From the NCBI RefSeq assembly GCF_009914755.1, contig NC_060938.1: a stretch of 64,000 nt of DNA. The stretch is one strand, 5' to 3'. The notes beneath the pieces are model-generated. The model was not told the DNA's origin. It did not search any database and saw only the letters and a program-made list of their open reading frames with translations. This DNA comes from the human T2T-CHM13v2.0 reference genome, Homo sapiens. Position 1 is the stretch's first letter. Each line of letters opens with the position of its first letter. Below, in pieces: positions 13,740 through 29,282 of this stretch. A program made the translations under genes and the position numbers.

Positions 13740-15135
13740 GCTGCTTACGGAGGACCCACATAACCAGATGATGGAAGAGGGAAAAAAAACCTAGGCTCAT
13801 TTCATAAGTGGGTTGTCTTTGTACATAGGTACAAGCCAAAAGTGAACTGAAACTTCCTTTCAACTTCGCTTAGGAGTGGTATTAATAGGTAGCAGTGAGA
13901 GGAAATCCTCTTGGTGGGCAGAGGTTCAGGTGGTTTACCTGGTTATCCATTTTCATAAAAAAAGAAGTGGCTCAAGTTCAGCATATATACAGACCCATGG
14001 GCAATGACAAATGATCAAGGATTAAAATATTAGGAACACAGATGCCTGGGGCAGAGACATGTGGATGGACTTATTGAAGTGGATGCAAAATGTGAAGATC
14101 TTTGTATTGGGTGTTGATGTCCATCAGAGTGCATATGCCATGGAAGAGGCACTAAACAACCAATTAGACAGAATGACTTGACTGGTTAACATGAGCCAGG
14201 CTCTGACATTGGCCACTCCAGTGCTGGCACAATGGATACACAAACAGAATTGCCATGATGGCAGGGCTGGAGGCTATTCATGGGCCTAACCACACACGAT
14301 CCCAATTACCAAGTTTGATCTTACTACCGCTGCTTCCAAATTTCCAACCTGTCCAGTCTTCTAGCAACAGAGTCCACAGTCCCATTTTTCAAGGAGATAA
14401 TCTTTCAAAAAGACAAATCAACTACTTGGTAGCGTATTGATTATTTTGTACCACTCTGAAAGGGGTAGCGACTCATTTTGATTGGAAAAGACACATTTTC
14501 TCAGTATGGATTCACTGAGTGATACAGAGTGTTTGATCCACCAATAATAGGTAGAATGCATGAGTTCAGAAACCTCGGGGTTGCTCCTAGTGATCATCTT
14601 GGGGAGTTTGTGCTTCCTGTTCCTATAACTTTGGGCTCTGTGAATTTAGAGGTTGTGTTTCCCAAAGGGGGAATGCTTACACTGTTGAAGTGTAAGCTAC
14701 AGCTACCACCAGTGACTTAAGTCTTCAATGCCAAGTGATCTAGCACACAAGAAGAATAATCACCATCCTGACAGGGGTAATTAATCTTAATCATCAGGGG
14801 GAAGGAGAACTGCTGTTACACAGTGGGGCCAAGAAGGAATATGTTTGGCACTCAAGTGATCTACCTGAGTGTCTCTTGGTACTCCTTTTTTAGTACCACC
14901 TGAATACTAGTACTACCTGAGGTGCTAGCTCAGGGTGAGGGCAATCTGCAATGGAATGTAGAGGAGAAAGACTATGACGATCATTTGTGGCTTCAAGAAT
15001 GGCTGTGGTTTCTATAGACACTAGAGTCCCACTGCTAGTCTTCTTATAAGTTTTCCCCCAGAAAAAGAAGCCCACTACAAAGGAAGAATAGATGCTCCCA
15101 GAACTTATAAGGAAATGTGATCTGAGCTGTGAAAG
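13740..15135 (+). mobile_element. ERVL (HERV16-like) internal remnant, copy 2: RNase H, integrase, dUTPase, PPT
   Basis: Second SSERKSSWWAE / AQWIHKQNCH motif set; dUTPase-like FPKGGML..KLQLPP; purine tract gaaagggtgggc before the LTR. Confidence 0.75.
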
Positions 15136-15142
15136 GGTGGGC

Positions 15143-15642
15143 TGTGGAGGATGCCATGCCACACTGCCCACATCCCCACTGTAGCAATGAAAAAACTCAG
15201 TTCTCTAACCTCTGAGAGTGATGCCTGGTAACAAGACTTCACCTTCACCCCAACTTGGGACAATACTGAAGGGCCATATTGGTTTCAGACCTCCTGGTGC
15301 AGTTGGCTGGGGCCTGTGTTGTGATTGCCTCATAGCCCACCTTCTCCCTCTGTTCAATCCTGCTTTCTTTTTCATCATTGGCAAGGGGATCCTGGAGCTG
15401 GTTTGTACTGCATTATGGGAGCCAATTGTTAAATTTGCAGGGATTTTGCAAGCTGATTGATGTCAAGTTGGCAGCTTAAAATCAGTCATGGTATTTATAC
15501 CATAGACATCAGCAAGCCCCACAAATCAGCAAAACCAATGTGCCACTGCCCACAGGTGTTATCACAAGAGCACTCCATAATAACATTCCCATATGCTAAT
15601 CTGTGTCTGAGTCAGCTTCCCAGGGAACCTGATTTCTGACAC
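15143..15642 (+). mobile_element. LTR16A-like 3' LTR, carrying an internal MER63-like insertion (~15385-15548)
   Basis: TG...CA termini; ctgcccacatcccc, cttctccctctg..caatcctgct, gcttcccagggaacc..gaca. The internal gagccaattgttaaattt..gattttgcaagc is MER63-like. Confidence 0.65.
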
Positions 15643-15774
15643 ACGTATTCAGGCGGTAATAGATCTTTGTATTAACAACCTCCTACATAGCAATGAGGCA
15701 CAAGAAGAGGTCCTTGAATGAAGGCACAAATTCAAATCAGAACTTAGTAAGAAGACAAACTGGCTTGCTGAATC

Positions 15775-15896
15775 AGCATGACAAACTCATTCTGGTTTGC
15801 CCAAGACTTTCTTGGATTTAGCATGGAAAGTCCCACATTCCAGGAAAGTCCTACATCCTTGCAGTCCCAGGTAAACCGGGACTGTTGGTCACCCTA
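15775..15896. mobile_element. MER81-like hAT-Blackjack MITE
   Basis: ggtttgcccaagact...gtcccaggtaaaccgggactgttggtcacccta. Confidence 0.6.
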
Positions 15897-16460
15897 GTAT
15901 GCAAGTAGGAACCTAGAGCAAGGAAAGCAAAGCCTCAGGTGTGGGACTGCCTGCTGATTAGCGCAGGTGTTTTGAAGCGGCACGGGAAAGATGCATTTGG
16001 AGAGACTAGGGATGGCTGTAAGTAGTAGTCTGATCAAGCTGGCCTAGACCTCTAAGAAGAATGCATGCTGCCATGGGGCTGGGTTCAAGGTCAGGGCTCT
16101 AGTACCCCAGAGTATTAGCAAGGGTAAGATGAGGGCCAAGTGATGGAATAATAGAGCAGGAAATGAAAAAATAATGACACAAGGCAGCCTTTTAGATACT
16201 GGAACTAGAATTCAGGCAATGGCTTAATCACAAGGAACTACATGTGAGCCTAATGTCTAGAAGCTATGGATAGTTTGAGGTAGGACAATTTCCTAGACTG
16301 GGTCGATTGAGAGCTGCTATATGTTAGTTCAGGGATTCCTTAATTAATTCACCCATCCTTGAATGTGAGGCAAAGCTGAGCCTGTAGGAGAAAGCTAAAT
16401 GACCCTGGCTTTAGATTTTAGATAGCTTCGGTGACTGCAAATAATGAGTATTAAAGTTCC

Positions 16461-16787
<327 letters not shown>

Positions 16788-18325
16788 TGAAGTTCTTTTT
16801 CACAATGTCCAGAGATCTAATTGTACCTATTCTATGAGAGTGGAAACTGAGACCCTGTCTTAGGTAATAAATTCCAGAGTTTGGGACTCAAGTTTGTACA
16901 GAGCACAATTCATGTCAAAAATCCAAATGCATCATCTATCGCAGTGAGGCCATGGCCAAATCAGAATGAATTCTCAATCTTGTAATCAACCACAAGGAGT
17001 ACTATCTCTTTACGACCATCTGCTCTCCAACAGGAAATACCACCCAGGCTGGAGGCTTGGCAGACATTTCCTTCATCTTCTTTGCTCTTATTCTCCCTTT
17101 TTAAGCTTTCTCAACTCCTTGCTAACCAAACATTTCAAATTTTGATACCTGGCATTTTAATTTTCATTTTCCCAGTCTAGAATGTTAACTCTAGTCAAAT
17201 GCGAGTAACATTGAAAAGTATCAATATTCAAAAGCATTTTATAATATTATGGCTAAATTGATGATTCTCTATATTGGACAATAGTCTCTTGAGTCAGAAA
17301 TGTATTTTATCTTTGTAGCAAGAAAACTCAGAATTGTTCTGGGATAGCAAAGAGTGAAGAGAACCAACCAATGAGAGTAGATGTAGAAAGTGGCTCATAA
17401 CTAATGCATTAAGTTTGTGTTCTTCCCTCCACCCACACACCCGACTCCATTGTGGAGAGGAAGGCTGCACAGTAAGATGTTGGACTGTCATATTATATAG
17501 AGAGAAGAAACACTAAAAATCTCCAACATTTCACCCCAAGACAGCTGAGTTCAGACACATAACTGCTTTAAGCATTTATCAATAGCTTAGTGAGTCTCTC
17601 ACTTCCTAAATTGAAAATGATTGCATTGTCCCTATGGAACATTGTCGCCCACGGTTCTTGGGGTGTTTAGTACTATTGTGGCAGCACATTTTAATTTAAA
17701 GAGGTTTTGTGGGCTGGTTCGATAAGACTTTCTCTTTCATAATGTATTCTGAGCACCCCCAAACTCCCCTACAAACCAGTTTGAACACTGGGAACTGCCT
17801 ACTGTATGTGTGGGTATGTGTGTGAGGTATGTGTTGTGGGCTCTCAGCCACAGGAGAAAATCTTAGCCCCTGGCCCATATACTGGGCAAGAAATCCAAAT
17901 CTTTCTATCAGTTTACATGAAGCTGCAGCTTTCATTTCAAATGAGCAAGATCAAAAAGTTCCAAAAGTAATACCTTTGACATTATGACCCAGTATGCATA
18001 CGTGCGCACACACCTATACACTCACACATATAACACAGATGTGAAAGTTTCCCAAACAACACCTTCCCTTACTATATATTTTGCTCTCTAATATTTTTTC
18101 TGTATGTTTTTAGTATTGATATAACGAACTAATTGTCGTTGCAATCCTTTCCAGCAGGTTGTCACTTCACAACCCAGTAACAGGTTAGGTTCCACAGTTA
18201 AAAAAAACACCAATGTTGAGAGTTACAGGCCTGGAAATTCTAGACTCTAAATATAACTTGATATCAATATGTGCTCAAAGATTAACTTGTCAGATATGAA
18301 CTATTTCTTGAAAGTCAGTTGTTTA

Positions 18326-18833
<508 letters not shown>

Positions 18834-19928
18834 TCACTGATGCTCCTTTGTCTTCTTCCACAGCCACTTAGAAAGCAGGATATTCTCTTCTATACTAACC
18901 AGACTAAAATGTTAACCAGCCTCCTGGGAAGGGTGATAAACTAAAAATGCAAAATTTCTGGAAACTGAACTTTTTGTCCAAACAATAGGGTTACTAAATA
19001 TGTGATGTATAGAATCTCCTAGGAAAGATCCTATGGGAAGCGTCCATTTAGAAACATCTTCATCTCCACCAACACTGAGAAGGGGCAGGGACGAGAACTT
19101 ATTATAGAGCATCTACAGGCTAAACACTTTCTGTACTGGGTCTAGTAATCCTATTAACAATGCTATATTCATACAACCATGCAAAATACTTGGTGGGTTT
19201 GAACCCTGGTTCTTCTGACTTCAAAACCCATGTTTTGCACAGCCTCATCCACTTCTCCAATCATTTGATTTGTTAATTGGGTAGAGCTGTTTCTCCCGAA
19301 ACAGTCACGTGATAACGTCCGCAACGCTATGCATTCTTACTGCATCAGGAAGTGACAGGTAAGACTGCCAAGCTGATATTGCTTCAGTTTTGATGAAATT
19401 GGAAAAAATCCAACTCTAAAATTAAGGCTGAAACTTTTGAATTTCTGAGGTTGCACAAAATAATGAAAAGAAGAGCAGTGGGCTATTCTTTCACTAAGAA
19501 CACTAATAGAATTCTTGTGTTGCTTTTCATAGTTGACGGGGTGGGTGCTGATACTTAGTCCTTTCCCACCTCACTCCTACCCTCAGATAATATTTGTCTT
19601 TCCACACTCTAAGAGAGGCTTAGCATGAAACCTGAGAATTCTGTCCATCTTTCTTTTTCTGGTCAGGAAGTATTCAAACAATCTTGGGAGGATCAGCTAA
19701 ATGATAATTGAAGGAGATCCCTTCTTTGGTGTGAGCCTGAATATTCTTAGTGAATTTCCAATTTACACCATTCTGTAATCATATCAATCTGATAGGATTA
19801 AGAATTTTTTTTCCTAAATTTATGACCTTCATCTAAGTTTACAAATTTATTGGCACAAAGTTTTTCATAATTTGTATTATTGCTAAATCTATAATGTCCC
19901 CCCTTATATTCTAAACATAATTATTTGT

Positions 19929-20236
<308 letters not shown>

Positions 20237-20299
20237 CTATTCTCTTTTTGTCTCACCAAAAGTGTGCTGATGTTATTAACGTTTCTATTTATTCATTTT

Positions 20300-20425
20300 T
20301 AGAGATGGGGTCTTTTTCTGATGCTCAGGCTGGAGTACAGGGACTCAAACTCCTGACTTCAAGCCATACTCCCACCTAGGCCTCCCAAAGTGCTTGGATT
20401 ATAGGTGTGAGCCACCTCGCCCAGC
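20300..20425 (-). mobile_element. Alu monomer (FLAM/AluJ fragment)
   Basis: agagatggggtct...cctcccaaagtgcttggattataggtgtgagccacc. Confidence 0.75.
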
Positions 20426-20429
20426 CTAT

Positions 20430-22000
20430 TTGTGTTTTTAAAAACTTAACCCTTCACTTTATTAGTTCTTCCTACTGTGTCTTTGTTTTCATTTAATTAT
20501 TTTCTGCTTTTATCTTTATCATTTCCCTCCTACTTGCTTTGGGGTTGTCATGTTATTTTTCTAATTCCTCAAGTTGTTTGCTGAGACAATTTTTAGTTCT
20601 TCTGTTCTCTTTAATATGCACTTACAGTAAGTTTTCCTGTGGGTAGCACATTAGCTGTATCTCATAAATGTTGATATGTTTTTAATCATTGTTTATTTTG
20701 AAATATTTTCTAATTTTTTATGTTCATTGGAAGCATTTTAATATTTTATGTACAGAAGATTTGTAGTTATATTTTTTATGGTTTCTAGTTTAATTTTTTA
20801 GAGATCATAGTCTTTCTAATATCAGTTCTTCGAAATTAGTTGAGATATATTTTACATATGTGGTCACTTTTCTTTCCACAGGCACTTGGAAAGATGTGAG
20901 GTGTCTAATTCTTGGATGCAGTGGCCTATACATGTTCATTATATTAAGTTCATTCAATTGTGGTATCCTTCAACCTTTGATACTTTTACAGAATTTTTTT
21001 GTCTATTGTTATCAATTACTAAGATAAGTCTGCTAAATTTTTCCATGTGATTACAGAACTGGAGTTTGCCAGTTGCTCCTTAAGTTTTGTCGTTCTTTAC
21101 ATAATTTGACATCCTTGTATTAGGTACATAAAAACTCATAATTGTTAAAACTTCTTGGTAGATAATATTATTATCCTATAATACCTCTCCATAGCCCTGT
21201 TTCTCCCTTTTGACATAAAATCTGTTTTGTGCATTATTAAGTTCTGCTGCTTTCTTTTGGTTAACATTTGCTGGGTATGTCTTTTTTTACCCTTCACTTT
21301 CAACCATAGTGTGTCCTCGAATTTTAGATGCTGCTTGTGTAAATGGCATTGAGATGAAGTTTTGTTTAACCCAGGGTGACAGTTTCTTTGTATTTGGATT
21401 AAAGAGTCCTGTTTATATGTCTTGTAATCATTTATGTGCTTGAATTCATATTTACCATTTCGTTTTATGCTTTCCACTTGTTCCATGTTCTCTCCCTCCC
21501 TCTTTGTCTTTCTTCTTTTCTTGCCTTCTTTTGGCTTTGACTGAATTTTTTTTCTCCTCTACTAATTGTAAATTTGTACACTCTATGTCTATTTTTTTGT
21601 GTTATTCTTGAAATTTTAACATTTTCCTAACAACTTCCAAAGTTAGTCAATACGTGTATCCTTTTGTTGATCATTATAAGAGCTTAAAATAATCTATAAC
21701 TCTGATCACCCCCATCCCCAAATATATGTTATTGTTTTCCAGTATTTTAGCTTTAAGTTACAATCTTATAAGGTAATCAACATTATTATTATAACATTTG
21801 TTTTTATTTACTCACATATTTATCTTCTTGGCTCACCATTCTTTTTTTCATCTCAGATCTTCCTTCTGGATTCATTTTTATTCTTCCTGGAATATATTCT
21901 TTTGAATTTCTCTTAGAAATAATTTTTAAGTTTTAGTTTGTCAGAAAATAGATATTGCACTTGTTGTAAAAATAGTTTCATTAGGTATTCATGTCTAGGT
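20430..22000 (-). mobile_element. Ancient L1 remnant
   Basis: T-rich strand. The minus-strand ORF 21145-21486 has L1 endonuclease-like HLKFEDTLWLKVKG. Confidence 0.65.
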
Positions 22001-22009
22001 TCACAGTTG

Positions 22010-25000
22010 ATTTCTAAAATTTTAAATAAATTTAGGGAATAAAAGTGCAGTTTTGTAGCATGGCTACATTGTAGTGGTGAATTCTGGTATTTCATTGTAA
22101 CTATCACCCAAATAGTGTACATTGTATCCATTAAGTAATTTTTCATCCTCCACTCCCTTCCAGCCACTTACAGTTCTGGGTCCTCAGTGTGTCCGTCTAC
22201 ACCCTATGTCTATGTGTACACATTATTTAGCTCCCACTTATAAAGTAGAATATGCAGTATTTGACTTTGTTTCTGAGTTATTTCACTTAAGATAATAGCC
22301 TCCATTTCCATCCACATGCTGCAAAAGACATGATTTCATTATTTTTTATGGCTGAATCAATTATTTTGATTTCCATGGTGTGTGTGTGTCTGTGTGTGTG
22401 TGTGTGTGTGTATGTGTATCACATTTTCTTCATCCAGTGTTGTTGATGGACACGTAGGTTGATTCCATATCTTTGCTATTGTGAATAGCACTGCTGTAAA
22501 CATTAGAGTGCCAGTCTCTTCCTGATATAGTGATTTATTTTCCTGTGAGTATATACCCAGTAGTAGGATTGCTAGATCAAATGGTAGTTCTATTTTTTAA
22601 TTTGTTGAGAAATCTCCATACTGTTTTCTATAGAGATTGTACTAATTTACATTCCCAACAACGGTGTATTAGCATTTCCTTTTCTCCACATCCTCACCAA
22701 TATCTATTTTTTTCACTTTTTAATGATAGCCATTCTGACGGACATAAGATCATATCTCATTTTGATCTTAATTTGCATTTCTCTGATGATTACTGGTGTT
22801 GAACATTTTTTCATGTGCTCTTTGGCAATTTGTATGTCTTCTTTTGAAAAACCTCTGTTCATGTCCTTTGCCCACTTTTTAATGGGGTTATTTTGTTGTT
22901 GGGCTGCTTGAATTCGTTGTGGATTCTGGATATCAGTCCTTTGTTTGATGCATAGTTTGCAAATATTTGCTACCATTCTTAAGATTTTCTGTTCACTCCA
23001 TTGATTATTTCTTTTTCTGTGCAGAAGCTTTTTAATTTAATTAAGTCCCATTCATCTACTTTTGTTTTTGTTGCATTTGCCTTTGAGGTCTCACTCGTGA
23101 ATTCTTTGCCTAGGCCAGTGTCCAGAAGAGTTTTTCCTAGGTTTTCTTCAAATATTTTTGTAGTTTCAGGTCTTAAGTTAATTTTTGTATAAGGTGAGAG
23201 ATAGGGGTCCAGTTTCATTCTTCTATATATGGCAGTTCAGTTTTCCCAGCACCATTTATTGAATAGGGTGTCCTTTTCCCAGTGCATGTTTTTGTCTACT
23301 GTGTCAAAGACCAGTTGGCTGTAGGCATGTGGCTTTATTTCTGGGTTCTCTATTCTGTTCTGTTGATCTATATGTCTATTTTTATATCAGCACCATGCTG
23401 TTTTGGTTACTATGGCCCTGTAGTATAATTTGAAGTCAGGTAATGTGAGGCCTCCAGCTTTGTTCTTTTTGCTTAGGATTGTTTTGGGTATTTGGGCTCT
23501 TTTTTGGTTCCATATGAATTGTAGGATCATTTTTCTAATTCTGTGAAAAATGACATTGGTATTTTGACAGGAATTGCATTGAATTTGTAGATTGCTTTGG
23601 GCAGTATGGTCATTTTAACAACATTGACTCTTGTGATCCATAAGCATGAAATGTTTTTCCATTTGTTTGTGTCTCTTTAGTGTTTTGTAATTTTCCTTGC
23701 AGAGATCGTTCACCTCCTTGGTTAAATATATTCCTAGGTGGGATTTTAATTTTTTGGGGTAGCTATTATAAATGGGATTGACCTCTTGATTTGGTTCTCA
23801 GCTTGATTGTTATTGGTGTATAGATATGCTACTGATTTTTGTACCTTGACTATGTATCCTGAAACTGTACTGAATTCATTTATCGAATCTAGGAGTCTTT
23901 TGGAGGACTCTTCAGGGGTTTCTAGGTATAAGATTATATAATGAGCAAACAGATAATTTGACTTCCTCTTTTCTAATTTGCATGCCTTTTATTTCTTTAT
24001 CTTGCCTGATTGCTCTGGCTAAAACTTCCAATACTATATTGAATAGGAGTGGTGAAAGTGGGCATTCTTATCTTGTATTGGCTCTTAGGGGGAATGCTTC
24101 CAAGTTGTGCCCATTCTGTATGATGCTGGCTGCAAGTCTGTCATAGATGGCTTTTATTATTTTTGAGGTATGTTCCTTCTATACCTTATTTGTTGAGGGC
24201 TTTTTATCATGAAGGATACTGAACTTTTCCCGATGCTTTTTTATGCATCAATTGGGATAGTTTTTGTTTTTAATTATGTTTATGTAGTGAATCACAGTTA
24301 TTGATTTGCAAATGTTGAACCATCCTTGAATCCCTAGAATAAGACCCACTTGATTGTGGTGGATTATCTTTTTGATGTGCTGTTGGATTCAGTTTGCTAG
24401 TATTTTGTTCAGGACTTTTGCATCTTTGTTCATCAGGGATATTAGTCTCTAGTTTTCTTTTTTTGTTGTGTTCTTGTCTGGCTTTGGCATCGGGGTGATG
24501 CTGGCTTTGTAGAATTAGTTAGGGAGAATTTCTTCCTCCTCAAGTTTTTGGAAGAGTTTCAGGAGGACTGGTACCGGGACTTTTTTTATAGGATAGAATT
24601 CAGCTGTGAGTCCATTTCATCCTGGGATTTTTGTTGCTGTTGGGAGATTTTTTATTACTGATTCAGTCTCACTACTCATTGTTAGTCTGTTCAGGATTTC
24701 TATTTGTTCCTGGTTCAATCTTGGGAGGTTGTATGTTTGCAAGAATTTATCAGTTTCCCCTATGTTTTCTAGTTTGTTGGTGTGTAGTTGCTCTTAGTAG
24801 TCTCTGAGGCTCCTTTGTATTTCTGTGGTATCAATTGTAATGTCTCCTTTTTCATTGCTGATTATGTTTATTTAGATCTTCTCTCTTCTTGGTTAGTTTA
24901 GCTAGCCTATCAATTCTATCACTTCAAAGAACCAACTTTTTGTTTCATTGATCTTTTGTATTCTTTTGTTCTCAATTTCATTTAGTTCTGCTCTGATCTT

Positions 25001-25930
25001 TGTTAGTTCTTGTCTTCTGCTAGCTTTGGGTTTGGTTTGTTCTTGTTTTTCTAGCTCCTTGAGGTGAGATGTTAGGTTGTTAATCTGTGAACTTTCTATT
25101 CTTTTGGTTTAGGCATTTAACACTATAAACTTCCCTCTTAGCACTGCTTTTGCTGTATCCCAGAGCTTTTGGTATGTTGTGTCTCCGTTTTCACTTGTTT
25201 CGAGAAAAATATTTAAATTTTCATCTTAATTTTGTCATTTGTCCAAAAATCATTCAGGAATAGTTTGCTTAATTTCCACGTATTTATATAATTTTGATTC
25301 TGAGAGCTTCTCTTGGAATTGACTTCTAGTTTTATTCCACTGTGGTCTCAGAAAATATTCGGTATGATTTTGATTTTTTGAAAATTTACTGAGACTTGTT
25401 TTTTGACCTAATATACAGTCTATCTTGGAGACTGTTCCATGTGCTGATGAGAACTAAGTATATTCTGCTGTTGTTGGATAGAATGTTTTGTAAATGTCTG
25501 TTAGGTCCTTTAGGTCTAAAATTTAGGCCCGGTGTTTCTTTGTTGATTTTCTGGCTCAGTGATCTGTCTAGCGCTGTCAGTGGAATGTTGAGGCTCTCCC
25601 ACCACTGTGATTGTATTGCTGTCTATGTCTTTATTTAGGTCAAGTAATGTTTGTTTTGTGAATCTGGGTGCACCAGTGAGTGGTTGGGTACATACTTGCT
25701 TAGAATTGATAAATCTTCTCGTTGAATTGATCCCTTTCTCATTATATAATGACTTTATCTTTTTTTTTTATTCCTATTGGTTTAAAGTATGTTTTATCTG
25801 ATATAACTACTCCTGCTCAATTTTGCTTTCTGTTTGTGTGCAGTATCTTTTTCCACCCCTTTACCTTCAGTCTGTGTCTTCACCAATAAGGCGAGTTCTT
25901 GTAAGCAGCATATAGTTGATTCATTTTTTA
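22010..25930 (-). mobile_element. L1 (L1MA/L1PB-like) 3' UTR and ORF2, host element; resumes at ~28680-28950
   Basis: ORF2 peptides [44 protein letters not shown] and ICCLQE on the minus strand. Confidence 0.92.
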
Positions 25931-25931
25931 A

Positions 25932-28672
25932 AAAGTTTTTTGTGGGCACATAGTAGGTATACATATTTATGGGTTCGTGAGATGTTTTGATACAGGCATG
26001 CAATGTGTAACAATCACATCAGAGTAAATGGAGTATCAATCACCTCAAGCATTTATCCTTTGTGTTACAAATAATCCAATTATACTCTTTAAGTTATTTT
26101 TAAACATACAATAAAATTATTTTTGTCTGTAGTCAGTCACCCTGTTGTGCTAGCAAATACTAGGTCTTATTCATTCTTTCTAATTATTTTTTGTACGCAT
26201 TAACCCCACTTCTTATTCACCCTTCCCACCATTACCCTTCTCAGTCTTTGGTAACCATCCTTCTATACTCTATCTCCATGAGTTCAATTGTTTTAAATGT
26301 TAGCTCCCCCAAAGAGTGAAAACATGTAGTTTGTCTTTCTGTGCAAGTATTATTTCACTTAACATGATGACCTCTGGTTCCATCCATGTTGTTGCAAATG
26401 ACAAGATCTCGTTTTTTTTTTATGGCTGAATAGTACTCCATTGTGTATATGTACCATATTTTGTTTATCTATTTATCTGTTGATGGACACTTAGCCTACT
26501 GAATAGTACTCCATTGTGTATATGTACCATATTTTGTTTATCCATTCATCTGTTGATATACATTTAGCCTACTTCCAAATCTTGGCTATAATGAAGTGCT
26601 GCAATAAACATGGGAGTGCAGATATCTCTTTGATATACTGATTTCCTTTCTTTTGGGTATGTATCTAGGAGTGGGATTGCTGGGTTTTATGGTAGCTCTA
26701 TTTTTAGTTTTTTTGGGAACCTTCAAACTGTTCTCCATAGTGGCTGTATGAATTTACATTCCCACCAACAGGGTACAAGAGTTCCCTTTTCTCCACATCC
26801 TCACCAGCATGTATTATTGCCTGTCTTTTGGATATAAGCCATTTTAACTGGGGTAAAATGATATCTCATTGTAGTTTTCATTTGCATTTCCCTGATGATC
26901 AGTGATGTTAAGCACTTTTTTATATATCTGTTTGCCATTTGTATATCTTCTTTTGAGAAATGTCTATTCAGGTCTTTTTCTCATTTTTAGTTTGATTATT
27001 AGATTTTTTTTCCTGTAAAGTTCTTTGAGCTCCTTATATATTCTGGTTATTAATTCCTTGTCACATGGATAGTTTGCAAATATCTTTTCCCATTCTGTGG
27101 ATTGTCTCTTCCCATTGTTGATTGCTTCCTTTGCTGTGAAGAAGCTTTTTAACTTGATGTGATCCCATTTGTCAATTTTTTCTTTAGCTGCCTGTGCTTG
27201 TGGGGCACAAGCCCCATTCGAGAAACCTTTGTCCAGTTCAATGTCCTGGGGAGTGTCCCTGATGTTGTCTTGTAGTTGTTTCATAGTTTGAGGTCTCAGA
27301 TTTAAGCCTTCAATCCACCTGGGTGTGATTTTTGTATATGGTGAGAAATAGGGGTAAGTTTCATTCATTTACATGTGGATATCCAGTTTTCCCCGCACCA
27401 TTTATTGAAGAGACTGTCCTTTCCCCAATGTATGTTTTTGGCACCTTTGTCAAAAATAAGTTCACTGTAGATGTATGAATTTTTCTCTGGTTCTCTATTC
27501 TGTTCCACTGATCTGTCTGTTTTTATGCCAGTTCCATGCTGTTTTGGTGATGATAGCTCTGTAGTGTAATTTAGAGTCAGGTAATATGAATTCTCCAGGT
27601 TTATTGTTTTTGCTTTAGCTATTCTGAGTTTTTTTTTTTTTTTTTTTTGAGTGGTTTCATATACATTTTAGGATTTTTTTTCTATTTCTGCAAAGAATGT
27701 CATTGGCATTTTGATACAGATTACATTAGATCTGTAGATTGCTTTTGGTAGTGTGACCATTTTAACAATATTGATTTTTTCAATTCATGAACATGGAATA
27801 TCTTTCCAATTTTGTGTTTCCTTGTTCAATTTCTTGCATCTGTGTTTTATAGTTTTCATTGTAGAGCTCTTTCACTTTTTTTGGTTAATTTAATTCTTAG
27901 CTCTTCTATTTTATTTATAGCTATTGTAAATGAGATTAATTTCTTGATTTCTTTTTCAGATTATTTGCTGTTGGCATATAGAAACGCTACCGATTTTGCA
28001 TGTTTATTTTGTGTCCTGCAACTTTACTGAATTTATTGATCAGTTCTAATAGTTTTTTTTGGTGGAGTCTTTAGGTTTTTCCAAATATAAGATCATCTCA
28101 TCCACAAAGAAGGATAATTTGACTTCTTCCTTCCCAATTTTGATCCCCTTTATTTCTTTCTCTTGTCTGATTACTCTAGCTAGGACTTTCAGTATTACGT
28201 TGAATAATAGTGGTGAAAATGGGCATATTTGTCAGTTCTACATCTTTGAGGAAAGGATTTTAGTTTCTCCCCATTCAGTATGATACTAACTGCGGGTCTG
28301 TCATATATGGCTCTTCTTGCTGGGGTATATTCCTTCTATATCCAGGGGTTTTTTAGGGTTTTCATCATAAAGGATGTTGAATTTTATCAAATGCTTTTGC
28401 AGTATCAATTGAAATGATCACATGGTTTTTGTCCTTCATTCTGTTGTTATGAAGTATCACATTAATTGATTTGCATATGTTGAAGCATCCTTGCATCACA
28501 GGGATAAATCCCACTTGGTCATGATGAATGATCTTTGTAATGTGTTGTTGAATTCAGTTTGCTAGTGTTTTGTTGAGAATTTTTGCATCAATATTTATCA
28601 TTGATATTGGCTACAGTTTTCTTTTTTTGATGTGTCTTTGTCTGGTTTTGGTATCAGTGTAATACTGGCTTT
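25932..28672 (-). mobile_element. Second L1 (L1MA-like), nested within the first
   Basis: A new 3' UTR begins at ~25932. ORF2 peptides SPYTKITPRWIEGLNLRP and WDHIKLKSF..EWEKIFANY. Confidence 0.9.
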
Positions 28673-28949
28673 GGAGATTCAAATTTTGAAGTTCTTTTAG
28701 TCCATTCTGCCAATCTATATCTTTGAAGTGGAGCATTTAATCAACTTATGTGCAAGGTTAATATTTATATGTAAAGTTTTGTTCCTGTCATAATGTTATT
28801 ATCTAGTTGCTTCCAAGAATCTTTGTTTCTCCCTTTCTTTTTTTCTGTTTGTCTTTGTGGTTTGATGGAGTCCTCTTGTGTTGGCATATGATTTGTTTCT
28901 CATCCTCCTTTGTGAAATTGTTTTATAAGACCTGTGAGTTTTATACTTT

Positions 28950-29282
28950 AATTTTTTTTTAAATTAGAGTCAAGAGTTTAACTCTGTCACCCAGGCTGGA
29001 GTGCAATTGCGAGATTCTAATTCACTGCAGCCTTGAAATCCTGGGCTTAAGGGATCCTCCTACTTTAGCCTCAGGACTAACTAAGACCACAGGTACAAAC
29101 TATCATGCTCAGCTAAATTTTTTCTTTTTTCTTTCTTTCTTTCTTTCTTTTTTTTTTTTTTTTTGTAGAGATGGAGTCTCACTGTGTTGCCCAGGCTGGT
29201 CTTGAACTCCTGGGTTTAAGCAATCCTTCCACCTCGGACTCCCAAACTGTTGGTATTTCAGGCATGAGCCACCACAACCAAG
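28950..29282 (-). mobile_element. Old Alu (AluJ-like)
   Basis: Diverged antisense dimer with an expanded (TTTC)n linker. Confidence 0.85.

Noticed and set aside
21145-28283. L1 ORF2-like peptides as an active retrotransposon
   Set aside because: Fragmented by stops and frameshifts, 5'-truncated and nested; ancient
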